Source: a virus. From it: a stretch of 64,000 nt of DNA. The notes beneath the pieces were generated by a model, which saw only the letters and a program-made list of their open reading frames with translations, did no database searches and was not told where the DNA came from. The translations under genes were made by a program, and so were the position numbers. Shown piece after piece: positions 1-9,220 of the stretch; the stretch's first letter is position 1, and each line of letters starts with the position of its first letter. Location of the stretch: positions 1-64,000 of IMG/VR virus record IMGVR_UViG_3300005805_000050; one strand, 5' to 3'.

Positions 1-2
1 TG

Positions 3-698
3 GCCGACGTAGCACGCGGCGATGGCGCTGACTACTCTGCTTTTCACGTTATAGACATAGAAACTGTAACGCAAGTCGCAGAGTTCAAAGCACAAATCGA
101 TACGCGTGAATTTGCCAACGTGCTACTATCTTGCGCTAACGAATACAACCAAGCACTGTTAGTCGTAGAAAACGCAAATATCGGTTGGGACGTGCTTCAA
201 ACTCTTATAGAGCGAGGATATCCCAACATACACTACAGTCATAGAATGGAGACCGACAGTAGTTTTGAGAAGTACATAGATAGATTTGATAGAAACTCGG
301 GCATGGTTCCGGGATTCACTATGACTCACAAATCCAGACCACTGGTCATAGAAAGGCTTAGAGATTTCATGGAAAACAAGATATGTACTATAAGATCCAT
401 TCGACTTCTTGAAGAAGTTAGAGTCTTTATATGGAAGAATGGAAAGCAACAGGCGATGCAAGGATACAACGACGACTTAGTTATATCTTTCGCTACAGCG
501 ATGTATTTGAGAGAGACGTCTCTTCGATTTAGAAAGACAATGGACAATCTTACAGCGGCGTCATTAAACAGTTTTAGCAAGACAAATGCACCGCAAACTA
601 CATATTTAAGTACATATACCAACCAAAATAATCCTTGGGTCATGAACTATTATTCGGGAGACAGGGAACAAAAAGAAGATTTAACGTGGCTAATATAA
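3..698 (+). CDS. terL: Terminase large subunit, C-terminal nuclease domain (5' partial, T4 gp17-like)
   Basis: The frame is open from base 3 (ADVARGDGADYSAFHVID...VVENANIGW...QGYNDDLVIS), showing RNase H-like terminase acidic motifs. It lies directly upstream of the portal. The ORF-track start at 120 is internal. Confidence 0.9.
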   Translation, partial: ADVARGDGADYSAFHVIDIETVTQVAEFKAQIDTREFANVLLSCANEYNQALLVVENANIGWDVLQTLIERGYPNIHYSHRMETDSSFEKYIDRFDRNSGMVPGFTMTHKSRPLVIERLRDFMENKICTIRSIRLLEEVRVFIWKNGKQQAMQGYNDDLVISFATAMYLRETSLRFRKTMDNLTAASLNSFSKTNAPQTTYLSTYTNQNNPWVMNYYSGDREQKEDLTWLI

Positions 699-704
699 CA
701 CAAA

Positions 705-2636
705 ATGGCGGAGAATAACAAAACACAAACAAATCTATTCGGGGCTTTACGTAGACTATTTTCTACTGATGTCATCATTAGAAACGAAGGCGGAGGAATG
801 GTCAAAGTTATTGACACCGAACGCGTACAAAACAGCGGTATTATACAGAATAACAGTCTAATAGATAGATTTAACAAAGTATACACTACTTCAACAGCCT
901 ACGGTGTAAACCTAAACTTAGCTCAAAACTACCAAACAGCACGTGTACAGATCTACGCTGACTATGACGCCATGGACACAGACGCTATAGTTGCTTCAGC
1001 GTTAGATATTATAGCAGACGAATGCACTTTGAAAAACGAACAGGGAGAAGTATTGCAAATAAAATCCTCTGATGAGAACATTCAAAAACTGTTGTACAAC
1101 CTATTCTACTCAGTGTTGAACATAGAATTTACGCTGTGGTCTTGGATAAGAAACATGTGTAAATACGGAGATTTTTACCTGAAACTAGAGATCGCGGAGA
1201 AGTACGGCGTGTATAATGTCATACCATTCTCAGCTTATAATATAGTTAGACAAGAAGGATACAACAGGGAAAATCCTCAAGAGGTAAGATTCAAATACGA
1301 CCCCAACGCGGCTCTTGCTTCGAGCACCTACGCATACACATCTGCGTACAATAATCAAGATGTCGGCATATATTTTGAAAACTACGAAATGGCCCACTTC
1401 AGATTATCTGGAGATGTTAACTATTTGCCTTACGGCCGTTCATACTTAGAACCCGCTAGAAAACTATTCAAACAGTACACTCTTATAGAAGATGCGATGC
1501 TCATTCACAGAATAGTGAGAGCGCCCGAACGCAGAGTGTTTTATGTGAACGTAGGAGCTATACCTCCCGGGGAAGTTGAAAACTTCATGCAGAGAATGAT
1601 TTCTAAGATGAAGAAGACTCCTCTTGTTGATCCTCAAACCGGACAATATAACCTAAAATACAACGTACAAAACATGCTAGAAGACTACTTTATCCCTGTC
1701 AGGGGTAATGATCAGTCTACAAGAATAGACACAGCAAAAGGTCTAGAATACAACGGCATCGAAGACGTGCAGTACTTCAGGGAAAAACTGTTCGCTGCGC
1801 TGAAGATACCCAAAGCGTTCATGGGCTACGAAAAAGACTTAACTGGTAAGGCAACTTTAGCCGCAGAAGACATTCGTTTTGCTAGAACAGTTGAAAGAAT
1901 TCAGAGAATCATAGTGTCCGAGTTAACTAAGGTAGCTCTAATACATCTGTATGCTCACGGATACACCAACGAATCAGCCGCGAACTTCACATTATCGCTT
2001 ACCAACCCTTCTATCATATACGATCAAGAACGCATCGCGCTCTTCAAAGAGAAGATCGATCTTGCTAATCAAGCAATGGAAGCTAAATTACTGCCTAAAG
2101 ACTTCATCTACGACAAGATATTCCACTTCTCTGAGGACCAATACGCAGAGATGGATCAACAGATAGTAGAAGATCAAAAGAAGAACTTTAGATACAAGCA
2201 AATATCAGAAGAGGGCAACGATCCTGCGGAAACAGGTCAAGCTTTCGGTACTCCACACCAGTTAGCAGGACTTTATGGAGGTAAGGGCGACATGACCTTA
2301 GATATTCCAACAGGCTACGATGAAAATAAGCCAGAAGAAGAGTACGAGACTCCTGGAAGGCCTCAAAAGTATAAATCTAGTAAGGGCACAGATAAAGCGC
2401 CTTTTGGTAGAGACCCTATGGGAAGATACGACATGAAATCAAAAGCCGAAACAGGGGAAGATAAAGTTAAGCCCGAATATAGAGCTTCGTCTCTGGCGCT
2501 GGAGAATACTGCACAAGAATTGCTAAAAAACAAATCCATATTAGACAATTTCAATAAAAAAGCCAATAGAAAAGTAAAGCTATTTGAGCAATCAGACGTA
2601 TTGAATGAGGACAACATCCTAGATGATCAGGCGTAA
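705..2636 (+). CDS. Portal protein (T4 gp20-like)
   Basis: Motifs ALDIIADECT, YGRSYLEPARK, EDAMLIHRIVRAPERRVFYVNVG, EDYFIPVRG, YFREKLFAALKIPKAF are typical of T4-like portals. Confidence 0.95.
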   Translation: MAENNKTQTNLFGALRRLFSTDVIIRNEGGGMVKVIDTERVQNSGIIQNNSLIDRFNKVYTTSTAYGVNLNLAQNYQTARVQIYADYDAMDTDAIVASALDIIADECTLKNEQGEVLQIKSSDENIQKLLYNLFYSVLNIEFTLWSWIRNMCKYGDFYLKLEIAEKYGVYNVIPFSAYNIVRQEGYNRENPQEVRFKYDPNAALASSTYAYTSAYNNQDVGIYFENYEMAHFRLSGDVNYLPYGRSYLEPARKLFKQYTLIEDAMLIHRIVRAPERRVFYVNVGAIPPGEVENFMQRMISKMKKTPLVDPQTGQYNLKYNVQNMLEDYFIPVRGNDQSTRIDTAKGLEYNGIEDVQYFREKLFAALKIPKAFMGYEKDLTGKATLAAEDIRFARTVERIQRIIVSELTKVALIHLYAHGYTNESAANFTLSLTNPSIIYDQERIALFKEKIDLANQAMEAKLLPKDFIYDKIFHFSEDQYAEMDQQIVEDQKKNFRYKQISEEGNDPAETGQAFGTPHQLAGLYGGKGDMTLDIPTGYDENKPEEEYETPGRPQKYKSSKGTDKAPFGRDPMGRYDMKSKAETGEDKVKPEYRASSLALENTAQELLKNKSILDNFNKKANRKVKLFEQSDVLNEDNILDDQA

Positions 2637-2644
2637 AAAACCAT

Positions 2645-2652
2645 ATATTTAT
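2645..2652 (+). promoter_or_regulatory. ATATTTAT motif (putative late promoter)
   Basis: Intergenic, 17 nt before ATG 2670. Confidence 0.65.
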
Positions 2653-2669
2653 AGATAGATTTTATCAAC

Positions 2670-3539
2670 ATGGCAATAAAACACAGTAAGTATCGCAATA
2701 CAGCTATTCTATTTGAATTGCTAGTCAGACAGACTACAGCTGATTTGCTTCAAAACAAAGACTCTAAAGCTGTCAAGATACTCAAAAAACATTTCACTAA
2801 TACTGAATTAGGTAGAGAATACGCTTTATATAGTTCCTTCAACACTGTTGGAAAGCTGTCTGAGACGAAGGCTGAGATGTTCATAAACACCGTGTTAGAT
2901 CAAAGGCGTAAGTTAAGCGAAGAAAAACTCAAGAGAGAGAAGTATAATCTCATAAAAGAGATTAAAAACACCTATAACATAGAGAACTTCTTCAGAGCCA
3001 AGATTGACAATTACAAGACGTATGCTTCCGTGTACACTTTATTTGAAGCTCAAAGAAGTAAGGCTTACGTAGATAGCAAACAACTTCTATTGAACAAGAT
3101 AAACATACTTGAACACATAACCGATGGAAAGATCATCGATCAGCCTGCATCAGCGACCATGGTAGAAGAGTTCATGAAGGAAGACAGAGAGATTAGATTA
3201 TTGGCATACAAACTCGTTGTTGAGAAGTTCAATACCAAATACGCAAGTCTATCCAATAAACAGAAAGAAGTACTTAAAGAGTACATTAACAACATATCTG
3301 AGACCGAGGTGTTGAAGTCCTACATCAATAAGACTATAGGAGAAATCAAAACAGATCTAAATAGCATTAAGAATAACATAAAAGATCCCGTTGTAAAGAT
3401 AAAGCTCAACGAGACCATCAAGTTACTCAATCCAATAAAGACAAATCAATTTGTAAAAGACGAAACTATCACTAGCGTATTGCAATATCTAGAATTGGTT
3501 GATGAACTTAAAAGAGTAGCCGATGAAAAATCAAAATAG
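2670..3539 (+). CDS. Putative prohead core / head assembly protein
   Basis: 289-aa helical protein between portal and protease, preceded by ATATTTAT. Function is inferred from position only. Confidence 0.5.
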   Translation: MAIKHSKYRNTAILFELLVRQTTADLLQNKDSKAVKILKKHFTNTELGREYALYSSFNTVGKLSETKAEMFINTVLDQRRKLSEEKLKREKYNLIKEIKNTYNIENFFRAKIDNYKTYASVYTLFEAQRSKAYVDSKQLLLNKINILEHITDGKIIDQPASATMVEEFMKEDREIRLLAYKLVVEKFNTKYASLSNKQKEVLKEYINNISETEVLKSYINKTIGEIKTDLNSIKNNIKDPVVKIKLNETIKLLNPIKTNQFVKDETITSVLQYLELVDELKRVADEKSK

Positions 3540-4944
3540 ACCGTTCAACAACCAATTTGCTACTCTAAGACTCAGAGAAGAGGTCATTGATGAGATGTCA
3601 GTGACAGGAGCAGGAGAAGCAACTCTACCCAGATGGACCGGTCCCAAGAAAAAAACTAATGAGACAATTAAGAGCGTTGACGGAAAATACGCCGTTTATC
3701 CTAAAAAGGGCGGAAAACGACTAGGTACGCACGATACAAAAGAGAAAGCTCAGAAGCAATTAGCGGCTATTGAGATTAGCAAATCTAAGAATGAAGCTTT
3801 AATTCCTAAAGATTGGAAAGCGGCGCCTTCTATACCTAATCGTCCATCCAAAGGAGGATTCATTTACAAGAAACTATTTGAGAATATGACAATGTCCGAC
3901 GTAGAACTCGATTACCCTGAGTTCTACCCTGAGTTCATATCTATTATTGAGAAGGTCGCCGATTACCTTGGCACAGACATCCAAGAATTTCAAAGTGCAC
4001 AGTACAAAGTAGGGGACGAATACATAGAGATCTTCATGCCGCAAAGCGAAAAGACTATAATGATAGACATGCTTCCCGGCGGAAAACTGAGGGTCAATAC
4101 CAGCGGCCCAGTTTCAAGCATGCAAACGGTCATAGACGAAGAAGAAAAACTTCCTGAAGAAGGAGCTGAAATAAAGGTAACTAAGAAGGGAAGTCCAAAA
4201 GACGGACAACTGGGTAAGATCGTTTCTATAACAGAACCTGGCGCATACAACGTTAGTTTCAATGGAACTATAATGACGTTTCAAGAAACAGATTTTGTTG
4301 TAACCAAGAGCGCAGAAGAACAAGCTGCTGCAGCTGATTCAAAATCTAGCGAAGACTCCGAAGAAACAGATACAGAGGCGGGTGGAGAGAGCGCGCCTGA
4401 AGGCGGCGAAGAGGATACCGGCGATAGTGAAGATTCTAGCTCTAGTGAAGAATTAAAAGAGTATCTAAAAGAGAACTATTCTCGTTTCAAAAAAGAAACT
4501 CGCACACGGACCAACGAACAACAACTTCACGCGGCAATGCGTTTGGCAGAGAAAAAGATTCATGAAGCCAATAGGATACTTGAGTACACTTCGAAACTGA
4601 GAGGCGAACTCAATGAGACAAAAGCAAACAAAAACACACAAAAACTCATGGAGAAAATAAAGAAGGGCATCGCTGAGGCCTATGGAAAAATGAAAAACAT
4701 GGGAGCGGTGCCAATGAAAAAGCAAGACTTCTTCGGCATGGCAAAACAGGATTTCGATGCCCTAATTGCGGCCTCAGATAGAAAGAGGTATAGACCCTCG
4801 CCAGATAAAATCGCGCTTGTAAAAACTAAATTTCCCAAAATTTCTGACCAAGAGGCTGAAATAGCCCTGAAATTATTGAACTCACCCGCGCAAGACACAT
4901 TTACCAGATACGACGTTATGGATTATTTACAAAAATACAGGTAA
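3523..4944 (+). CDS. Modular head-associated / internal protein
   Basis: Patchwork of modules: GKYAVYPKKGGKRLGTHDTKEKAQKQLAAIE (seen in phage head genes), an SH3/KOW-like barrel, an acidic linker and a coiled coil. Many [LI]-x-E sites. Confidence 0.55.
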   Translation: MKNQNRPFNNQFATLRLREEVIDEMSVTGAGEATLPRWTGPKKKTNETIKSVDGKYAVYPKKGGKRLGTHDTKEKAQKQLAAIEISKSKNEALIPKDWKAAPSIPNRPSKGGFIYKKLFENMTMSDVELDYPEFYPEFISIIEKVADYLGTDIQEFQSAQYKVGDEYIEIFMPQSEKTIMIDMLPGGKLRVNTSGPVSSMQTVIDEEEKLPEEGAEIKVTKKGSPKDGQLGKIVSITEPGAYNVSFNGTIMTFQETDFVVTKSAEEQAAAADSKSSEDSEETDTEAGGESAPEGGEEDTGDSEDSSSSEELKEYLKENYSRFKKETRTRTNEQQLHAAMRLAEKKIHEANRILEYTSKLRGELNETKANKNTQKLMEKIKKGIAEAYGKMKNMGAVPMKKQDFFGMAKQDFDALIAASDRKRYRPSPDKIALVKTKFPKISDQEAEIALKLLNSPAQDTFTRYDVMDYLQKYR

Positions 4945-4947
4945 CAA

Positions 4948-5088
4948 ATGGCAAAGACCAAAACCAATAAAAAGGCCGGAATGAACGTCGGCAAGATCAG
5001 CTTCGGTAAACGCCGCGAAGGGGTTGCAAAGAAAAACTGGGGCCCTAAAGAGGAGAGACCCAAAAAATATAGAGGACAAGGCAGGTAA
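4948..5088 (+). CDS. Small basic protein, 46 aa, ending KKYRGQGR (not in ORF track)
   Basis: ATG 4948 to TAA 5088 fills the intergenic gap exactly: MAKTKTNKKAGMNVGKISFGKRREGVAKKNWGPKEERPKKYRGQGR. Confidence 0.75.
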   Translation: MAKTKTNKKAGMNVGKISFGKRREGVAKKNWGPKEERPKKYRGQGR

Positions 5089-5091
5089 CAG

Positions 5092-5099
5092 ATATTTAT
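5092..5099 (+). promoter_or_regulatory. ATATTTAT motif (putative late promoter)
   Basis: Intergenic, 7 nt before ATG 5107. Confidence 0.65.
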
Positions 5100-5106
5100 A
5101 GAATAT

Positions 5107-6105
5107 ATGAAAAACATAACAAACCTATATAGGCAACTGAACGAGGGAAAAATCTCCAAAGATTTCTTCATGAAGACAGCAAGGATGCAGTTTCCCCAAT
5201 TCATTAGTCCAGTGACTTCTTACAGAGACGCGGTAAACATACTTAGCGGTAAGAGACTTATCGAGGCGCAAACACTCGACACTCACCAAATGATAGATCG
5301 ATTGAATCCTTATCACTTTAGAAAAGGCGTTCAAAAAGAGCTGCAAAAGATTTCTCATCCAACTAGGGAAGACATAGAGCGGGTGAATGCTAAAGTAGCA
5401 AAGCGACTCATGAAAGATCCTATGGCCTACGAAGATCAAATCTTTCACAATGCAAAGGACGTAGCGAAGAGGGACGACAAATTACAAACAACAGAGGTAA
5501 AAGCCGGAAGCCAGACTACGGACAAAAATAACGCCATGAAGGCGAAGAAAAAACTGGAGTCGGCGAATACTAGAGCCTCTAAAAAAGAGAATAGAAAGGG
5601 TAAACCAAAGGGCGTTAAAGTCATGACGTACAAAGCTAAGACGGCTCCTGGAATATCTCAAACCATGCCTGCTACTGGAAAAGAAACCGTGTTGAAAGAG
5701 AACATGTATCACGAATGGCACGTCAATAGGGAAGTAAATACTCCAAAAGGACCAGGTAGCATTAAAGAAATTCATGGTGGTACGTTAACAGTAGAGCTGA
5801 AAGACGGTAGTCTAGCAGAATACCAGATGAACGTAATTGAAAAATACACAAAAGAGGGCATGCAACCCAATGTAAATAACGAACCCAAAAAGGATAACAA
5901 AACTTCTAAACTTAAGGAAGTCACAAACAAACTTAAAGAGTTTGTGAAGAAACTCAAAGAAGTGGCCGTAATATCAGCAGACGATGAAGAAACAGGCCAA
6001 GAAACTATTATTGGAACCGCCCCAAACAAAGCAAAGGCCGCTGCGCAAGTTAACGCTTATAAAAAACAAGGCGTTCGTACTGTAAAATCAAAGGTCTTAA
6101 GATAA
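5107..6105 (+). CDS. Head-associated / internal protein
   Basis: Lys-rich, with repeated LNE/LKE sites and an SH3-like module. Its stop overlaps the protease start (TAATG). ATATTTAT lies upstream. Confidence 0.55.
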   Translation: MKNITNLYRQLNEGKISKDFFMKTARMQFPQFISPVTSYRDAVNILSGKRLIEAQTLDTHQMIDRLNPYHFRKGVQKELQKISHPTREDIERVNAKVAKRLMKDPMAYEDQIFHNAKDVAKRDDKLQTTEVKAGSQTTDKNNAMKAKKKLESANTRASKKENRKGKPKGVKVMTYKAKTAPGISQTMPATGKETVLKENMYHEWHVNREVNTPKGPGSIKEIHGGTLTVELKDGSLAEYQMNVIEKYTKEGMQPNVNNEPKKDNKTSKLKEVTNKLKEFVKKLKEVAVISADDEETGQETIIGTAPNKAKAAAQVNAYKKQGVRTVKSKVLR

Positions 6106-6731
6106 TGTCAAAGGAACTTCTCATAGAATACTCCATATTCAAACCCCAAATCGGATTACACGAGGGGGTTAGAAGTTCTAATGGCAATATGGTCGTTAGC
6201 GGACAGGTGCAAGCGTGCGATAAACCTAACGCAAATAAGCGCATTTACCCGTACGACACTCTAAAGAAACAAGTAGATCTATATCTAGAAGGTCCCATAA
6301 GAGAGAATAGAGCACTAGGAGAACTCGATCACCCCGAATCATCAGTCATCAACCTCAAGAACGTTTCTCACTGCATTAAGAAACTGTGGTGGGACGGTAA
6401 AGATTTGTACGGTACTGTAGAGATACTTCCAACCCCATCGGGAAACATACTCAAGCAACTCTTTCAAAACAACATCACTGTAGGTATATCATCAAGAGCC
6501 ATGGGAAGCACAAGCCCCATAGGTGAAGGTCTTGTTAAAGTGGAAGAAGACCTTGAGATAGTGTGTTGGGACTTTGTATCACAACCTTCTACATTTGGAG
6601 CTTACATGAAACCAATAGGGGGTTTGAGAGAATCTTACGAATACAACGCAGGTTACAACAAATACGGAAAAGCCAACGAACTCATGAGAGACATCATATG
6701 CGAAATGTCCGGGGTGTGTTGCGTAAAATAA
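6105..6731 (+). CDS. Prohead protease (T4 gp21-like)
   Basis: NANKRIYP, ALGELDHP (catalytic His), VGISSRAMGS (catalytic Ser), WDFVSQPST. Confidence 0.95.
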   Translation: MSKELLIEYSIFKPQIGLHEGVRSSNGNMVVSGQVQACDKPNANKRIYPYDTLKKQVDLYLEGPIRENRALGELDHPESSVINLKNVSHCIKKLWWDGKDLYGTVEILPTPSGNILKQLFQNNITVGISSRAMGSTSPIGEGLVKVEEDLEIVCWDFVSQPSTFGAYMKPIGGLRESYEYNAGYNKYGKANELMRDIICEMSGVCCVK

Positions 6732-6732
6732 C

Positions 6733-6740
6733 ATATTTAT
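6733..6740 (+). promoter_or_regulatory. ATATTTAT motif (putative late promoter)
   Basis: Intergenic, before ATG 6762. Confidence 0.65.
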
Positions 6741-6761
6741 AGAAAAACAAACTGAAAAGCG

Positions 6762-7706
6762 ATGAAAAACAGATTGGATGAAATTAAAAGGATGCAAAAA
6801 TTGGCTGGACTAAGTTCGGACACTACGAAACTATTTTTAGAATCCATTACAGTTGAAGACGTGTTGAGTGAGGCTGAGGTAGATGATAAGCTGAAGACTG
6901 CTGCGCAAGACGCAATGGCAAAGGGCAAAGAAGAGTTGAATAAGCTTGTAAATAGCATGCTTATTAACAAAAAAGATTCTCTTAAAAACGTAAAAAGTAA
7001 AGAGTTCGAAAAACTGAATGTTAATCCTACATCGGGTGATACTTCTGCCGCAGGCGATGAACAACCTAAGAATGCAGGAGCTGAACAACCTAAGAAAGAG
7101 GGTGTCATAAAGGAAGAGGGAGTTAGTATAGCTCTAATAATAAGTATATTGTTAGCCACACCTACACTTATAATGATGGTAGCGAAAGTCGCTAGAGTGA
7201 TAAAAAATGGTGCTAGGAGCATTACCGATAAATTAGGATTTACGAAGAAAAAAACAGACGAAGAGAGACTAAAGGACAATCAAAAAATAATAAATAATAT
7301 ATACAAGTTTGGAAAGGCGTGGGAAAAAGTCTATTTGAAGATAATCATTGCGGGTGTAAAGGCGAGTGGTTACGGTGAAGATTATTGGATGAAAGAAGAA
7401 GTAAAAAACGGTAAAACAGTAAAGGTGTTGGATAAACAAAGATTGGTCGCCGTGGCAAAACACATATATGCATTGGTTTTAGCTGTAGCCGCAATGTTCT
7501 CCGTATACGGAGGATTTACCTCAGCGATCCAAGGGCACATAGCTGTGGCCGCAGCTGAAACAGGCGTAGTAGCTATAAAAGGCGCTGACCTAAAACACTT
7601 ACACCATCAAGTGAAAGGCCAATTAGGAGGTGAACTTGACGCATCTCCCGCGCCGGTTAGCAAAGCCCCGGAGTATCCAGGCGCAGGAGTAGGAGGCCTC
7701 GCATAA
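6762..7706 (+). CDS. Hypothetical protein with hydrophobic helices, possible packaged internal/ejection protein
   Basis: Lies between protease and scaffold. N-terminal EIKRMQKLAGL; hydrophobic stretches SIALIISILLATPTLIMMV and IYALVLAVAAMFSVYGG. Confidence 0.5.
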   Translation: MKNRLDEIKRMQKLAGLSSDTTKLFLESITVEDVLSEAEVDDKLKTAAQDAMAKGKEELNKLVNSMLINKKDSLKNVKSKEFEKLNVNPTSGDTSAAGDEQPKNAGAEQPKKEGVIKEEGVSIALIISILLATPTLIMMVAKVARVIKNGARSITDKLGFTKKKTDEERLKDNQKIINNIYKFGKAWEKVYLKIIIAGVKASGYGEDYWMKEEVKNGKTVKVLDKQRLVAVAKHIYALVLAVAAMFSVYGGFTSAIQGHIAVAAAETGVVAIKGADLKHLHHQVKGQLGGELDASPAPVSKAPEYPGAGVGGLA

Positions 7707-7779
7707 TCTGAAAGATTTCGATAAACGTCTTTCGCACTCAAAATTTTAAGTGTTACCTTAGCTTTTTATATAAGCGTAC

Positions 7780-7787
7780 ATATTTAT
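7780..7787 (+). promoter_or_regulatory. ATATTTAT motif (putative late promoter of scaffold-MCP operon)
   Basis: 90 nt before ATG 7878, followed by a structured leader. Confidence 0.65.
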
Positions 7788-7861
7788 GGTTAAATGCGCG
7801 GTCTCTATTGCCGCGCTATACATTATTTAACCTCATATTGCCCCAAATTCTAATGGGCAAT
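7788..7861 (+). promoter_or_regulatory. Two-hairpin 5' leader of scaffold/MCP operon
   Basis: GGTTAAAT(7788-95)/ATTTAACC(7825-32) encloses GCGCGG(7796-7801)/CCGCGC(7811-16); ATTGCCC(7837-43)/GGGCAAT(7855-61). Confidence 0.6.
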
Positions 7862-7877
7862 TAAAATCAAAAGAAAG

Positions 7878-9194
7878 ATGGACAAAAGCATCTACAAAGA
7901 AGCGATTCTTGACGCTAAAGCCATTCGTGCCAGTGCAATTGCAAACGCTAAAGCGACACTGCAAGAGGCAATTGAGCCGAAGATTCAAGAAATGATGCGT
8001 CTTAGACTTTCCGAAGAACTCGAAGAGGAGCTCGAAGAGGGCAACTACGAAGAGGGAATGAAACACGGAGAGATGGAAGAAGACGCTGTAACCGAGGCCT
8101 CTTTAGACGAAATCCTTGCTGAGCTCGATTCAATGGAAGAGGGCAAGAAGGAGGAAATGGAAGAGGGCAAAGACGAAGAAGTTGTGAAAGAAGCCGAAGA
8201 CGACGAAGCCGAAGGCGAAGACACCGAATCTGACGAAGAGGGTGGTGAAGACGAAGAAGGCGGAGAAGACGAAGGCGGCGAAGAAGGTGACGACGAAATC
8301 ACCGATGACACCGAAGTCATGGAACTTACCGTTGGAGAACTCAAAGACATGCTGCAATCGGTAATGGCCGGTGGTGAGCAGGGCGAAGAGGATCTCGAAG
8401 CTAACGTTGACATGGGCGGTGAAGAAGGTGGCGAAGAAGGCGGTGAAGAAGGCGGCGAAGAGGGCGAAGAGCAGGTTGACGAAATCTCTCTCGACGAAAT
8501 TCTCGCAGAACTAGAAGAAGATGGCGGTACCGGTTTAACAGATCCTCAAGACACAATGTCTGAAAAGAAAGAGGAGATGGAAGAAGGTAAAGGCCACTCT
8601 GGCGGAGTTTACACCAAAGGCGTTAAAGGCGTGAAAGAAGCTAAGAAGGACAAACCCGAAGACAAAGTCGAAGAGGGTAAAGGCCACTCTGGCGGAGTTT
8701 ACACCAAAGGCGTTAAAGGCGTGAAAGAAGCTAAGAACGGCGGCCTCAAAAAAGAGAATCCAGCCGCTCTAGCTATGGCGCCTGAAATCATGGCCGCGCA
8801 AGCTGTTAGTGATAAGATGAGCGAAGAAAAAATCGATGAGTTGAAAGACGAACTCGAGGAAGCTAAGAGAACCATTGGAGCTCTTAGAGAAAACATGCAG
8901 GAGATAAATCTTCTGAATGCTAAGCTTCTCTACATGAACAAAATCTTCAAAGCCAAGTCGCTGAACGAATCCGAGAAAGTCAAAGTCATCAAAGCTTTCG
9001 ATCGCGCTATCTCTGTAAGAGAGGTCAAAAACACTTACGAAACATTAAAGGAATCTCTGAGCGTTAGAAAATCTACCATCAAAGAATCTATTGGTTTTGC
9101 TTCAAAGCCGATCGGTGCCGCGCAAGGAAAAGGTAACATCGTTGAATCTAACGATTTCGTTTCCCGCTGGCAGAAGATCGCTGGTATTAAGTAA
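7878..9194 (+). CDS. Prohead scaffolding protein (gp22-like)
   Basis: Very acidic coiled-coil protein directly upstream of the MCP. N-terminus EAILDAKAIRASA, C-terminus EINLLNAKLLY...RWQKIAGIK. Confidence 0.85.
   Translation: MDKSIYKEAILDAKAIRASAIANAKATLQEAIEPKIQEMMRLRLSEELEEELEEGNYEEGMKHGEMEEDAVTEASLDEILAELDSMEEGKKEEMEEGKDEEVVKEAEDDEAEGEDTESDEEGGEDEEGGEDEGGEEGDDEITDDTEVMELTVGELKDMLQSVMAGGEQGEEDLEANVDMGGEEGGEEGGEEGGEEGEEQVDEISLDEILAELEEDGGTGLTDPQDTMSEKKEEMEEGKGHSGGVYTKGVKGVKEAKKDKPEDKVEEGKGHSGGVYTKGVKGVKEAKNGGLKKENPAALAMAPEIMAAQAVSDKMSEEKIDELKDELEEAKRTIGALRENMQEINLLNAKLLYMNKIFKAKSLNESEKVKVIKAFDRAISVREVKNTYETLKESLSVRKSTIKESIGFASKPIGAAQGKGNIVESNDFVSRWQKIAGIK
8586..8737 (+). repeat. 62-bp exact direct repeat in scaffold gene (8586-8647 and 8676-8737)
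   Basis: Encodes GKGHSGGVYTKGVKGVKEAK twice, at 90-nt spacing. Confidence 0.9.
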
Positions 9195-9220
9195 TAATAA
9201 CCAAAACAACAAACAAAACA

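Noticed and set aside
7707-7779. tRNA or terminator after ORF 6762
   Set aside because: The weak GAAAGA/TCTTTC stem has no U-tract and no cloverleaf. No tRNA was recognised anywhere in the window.
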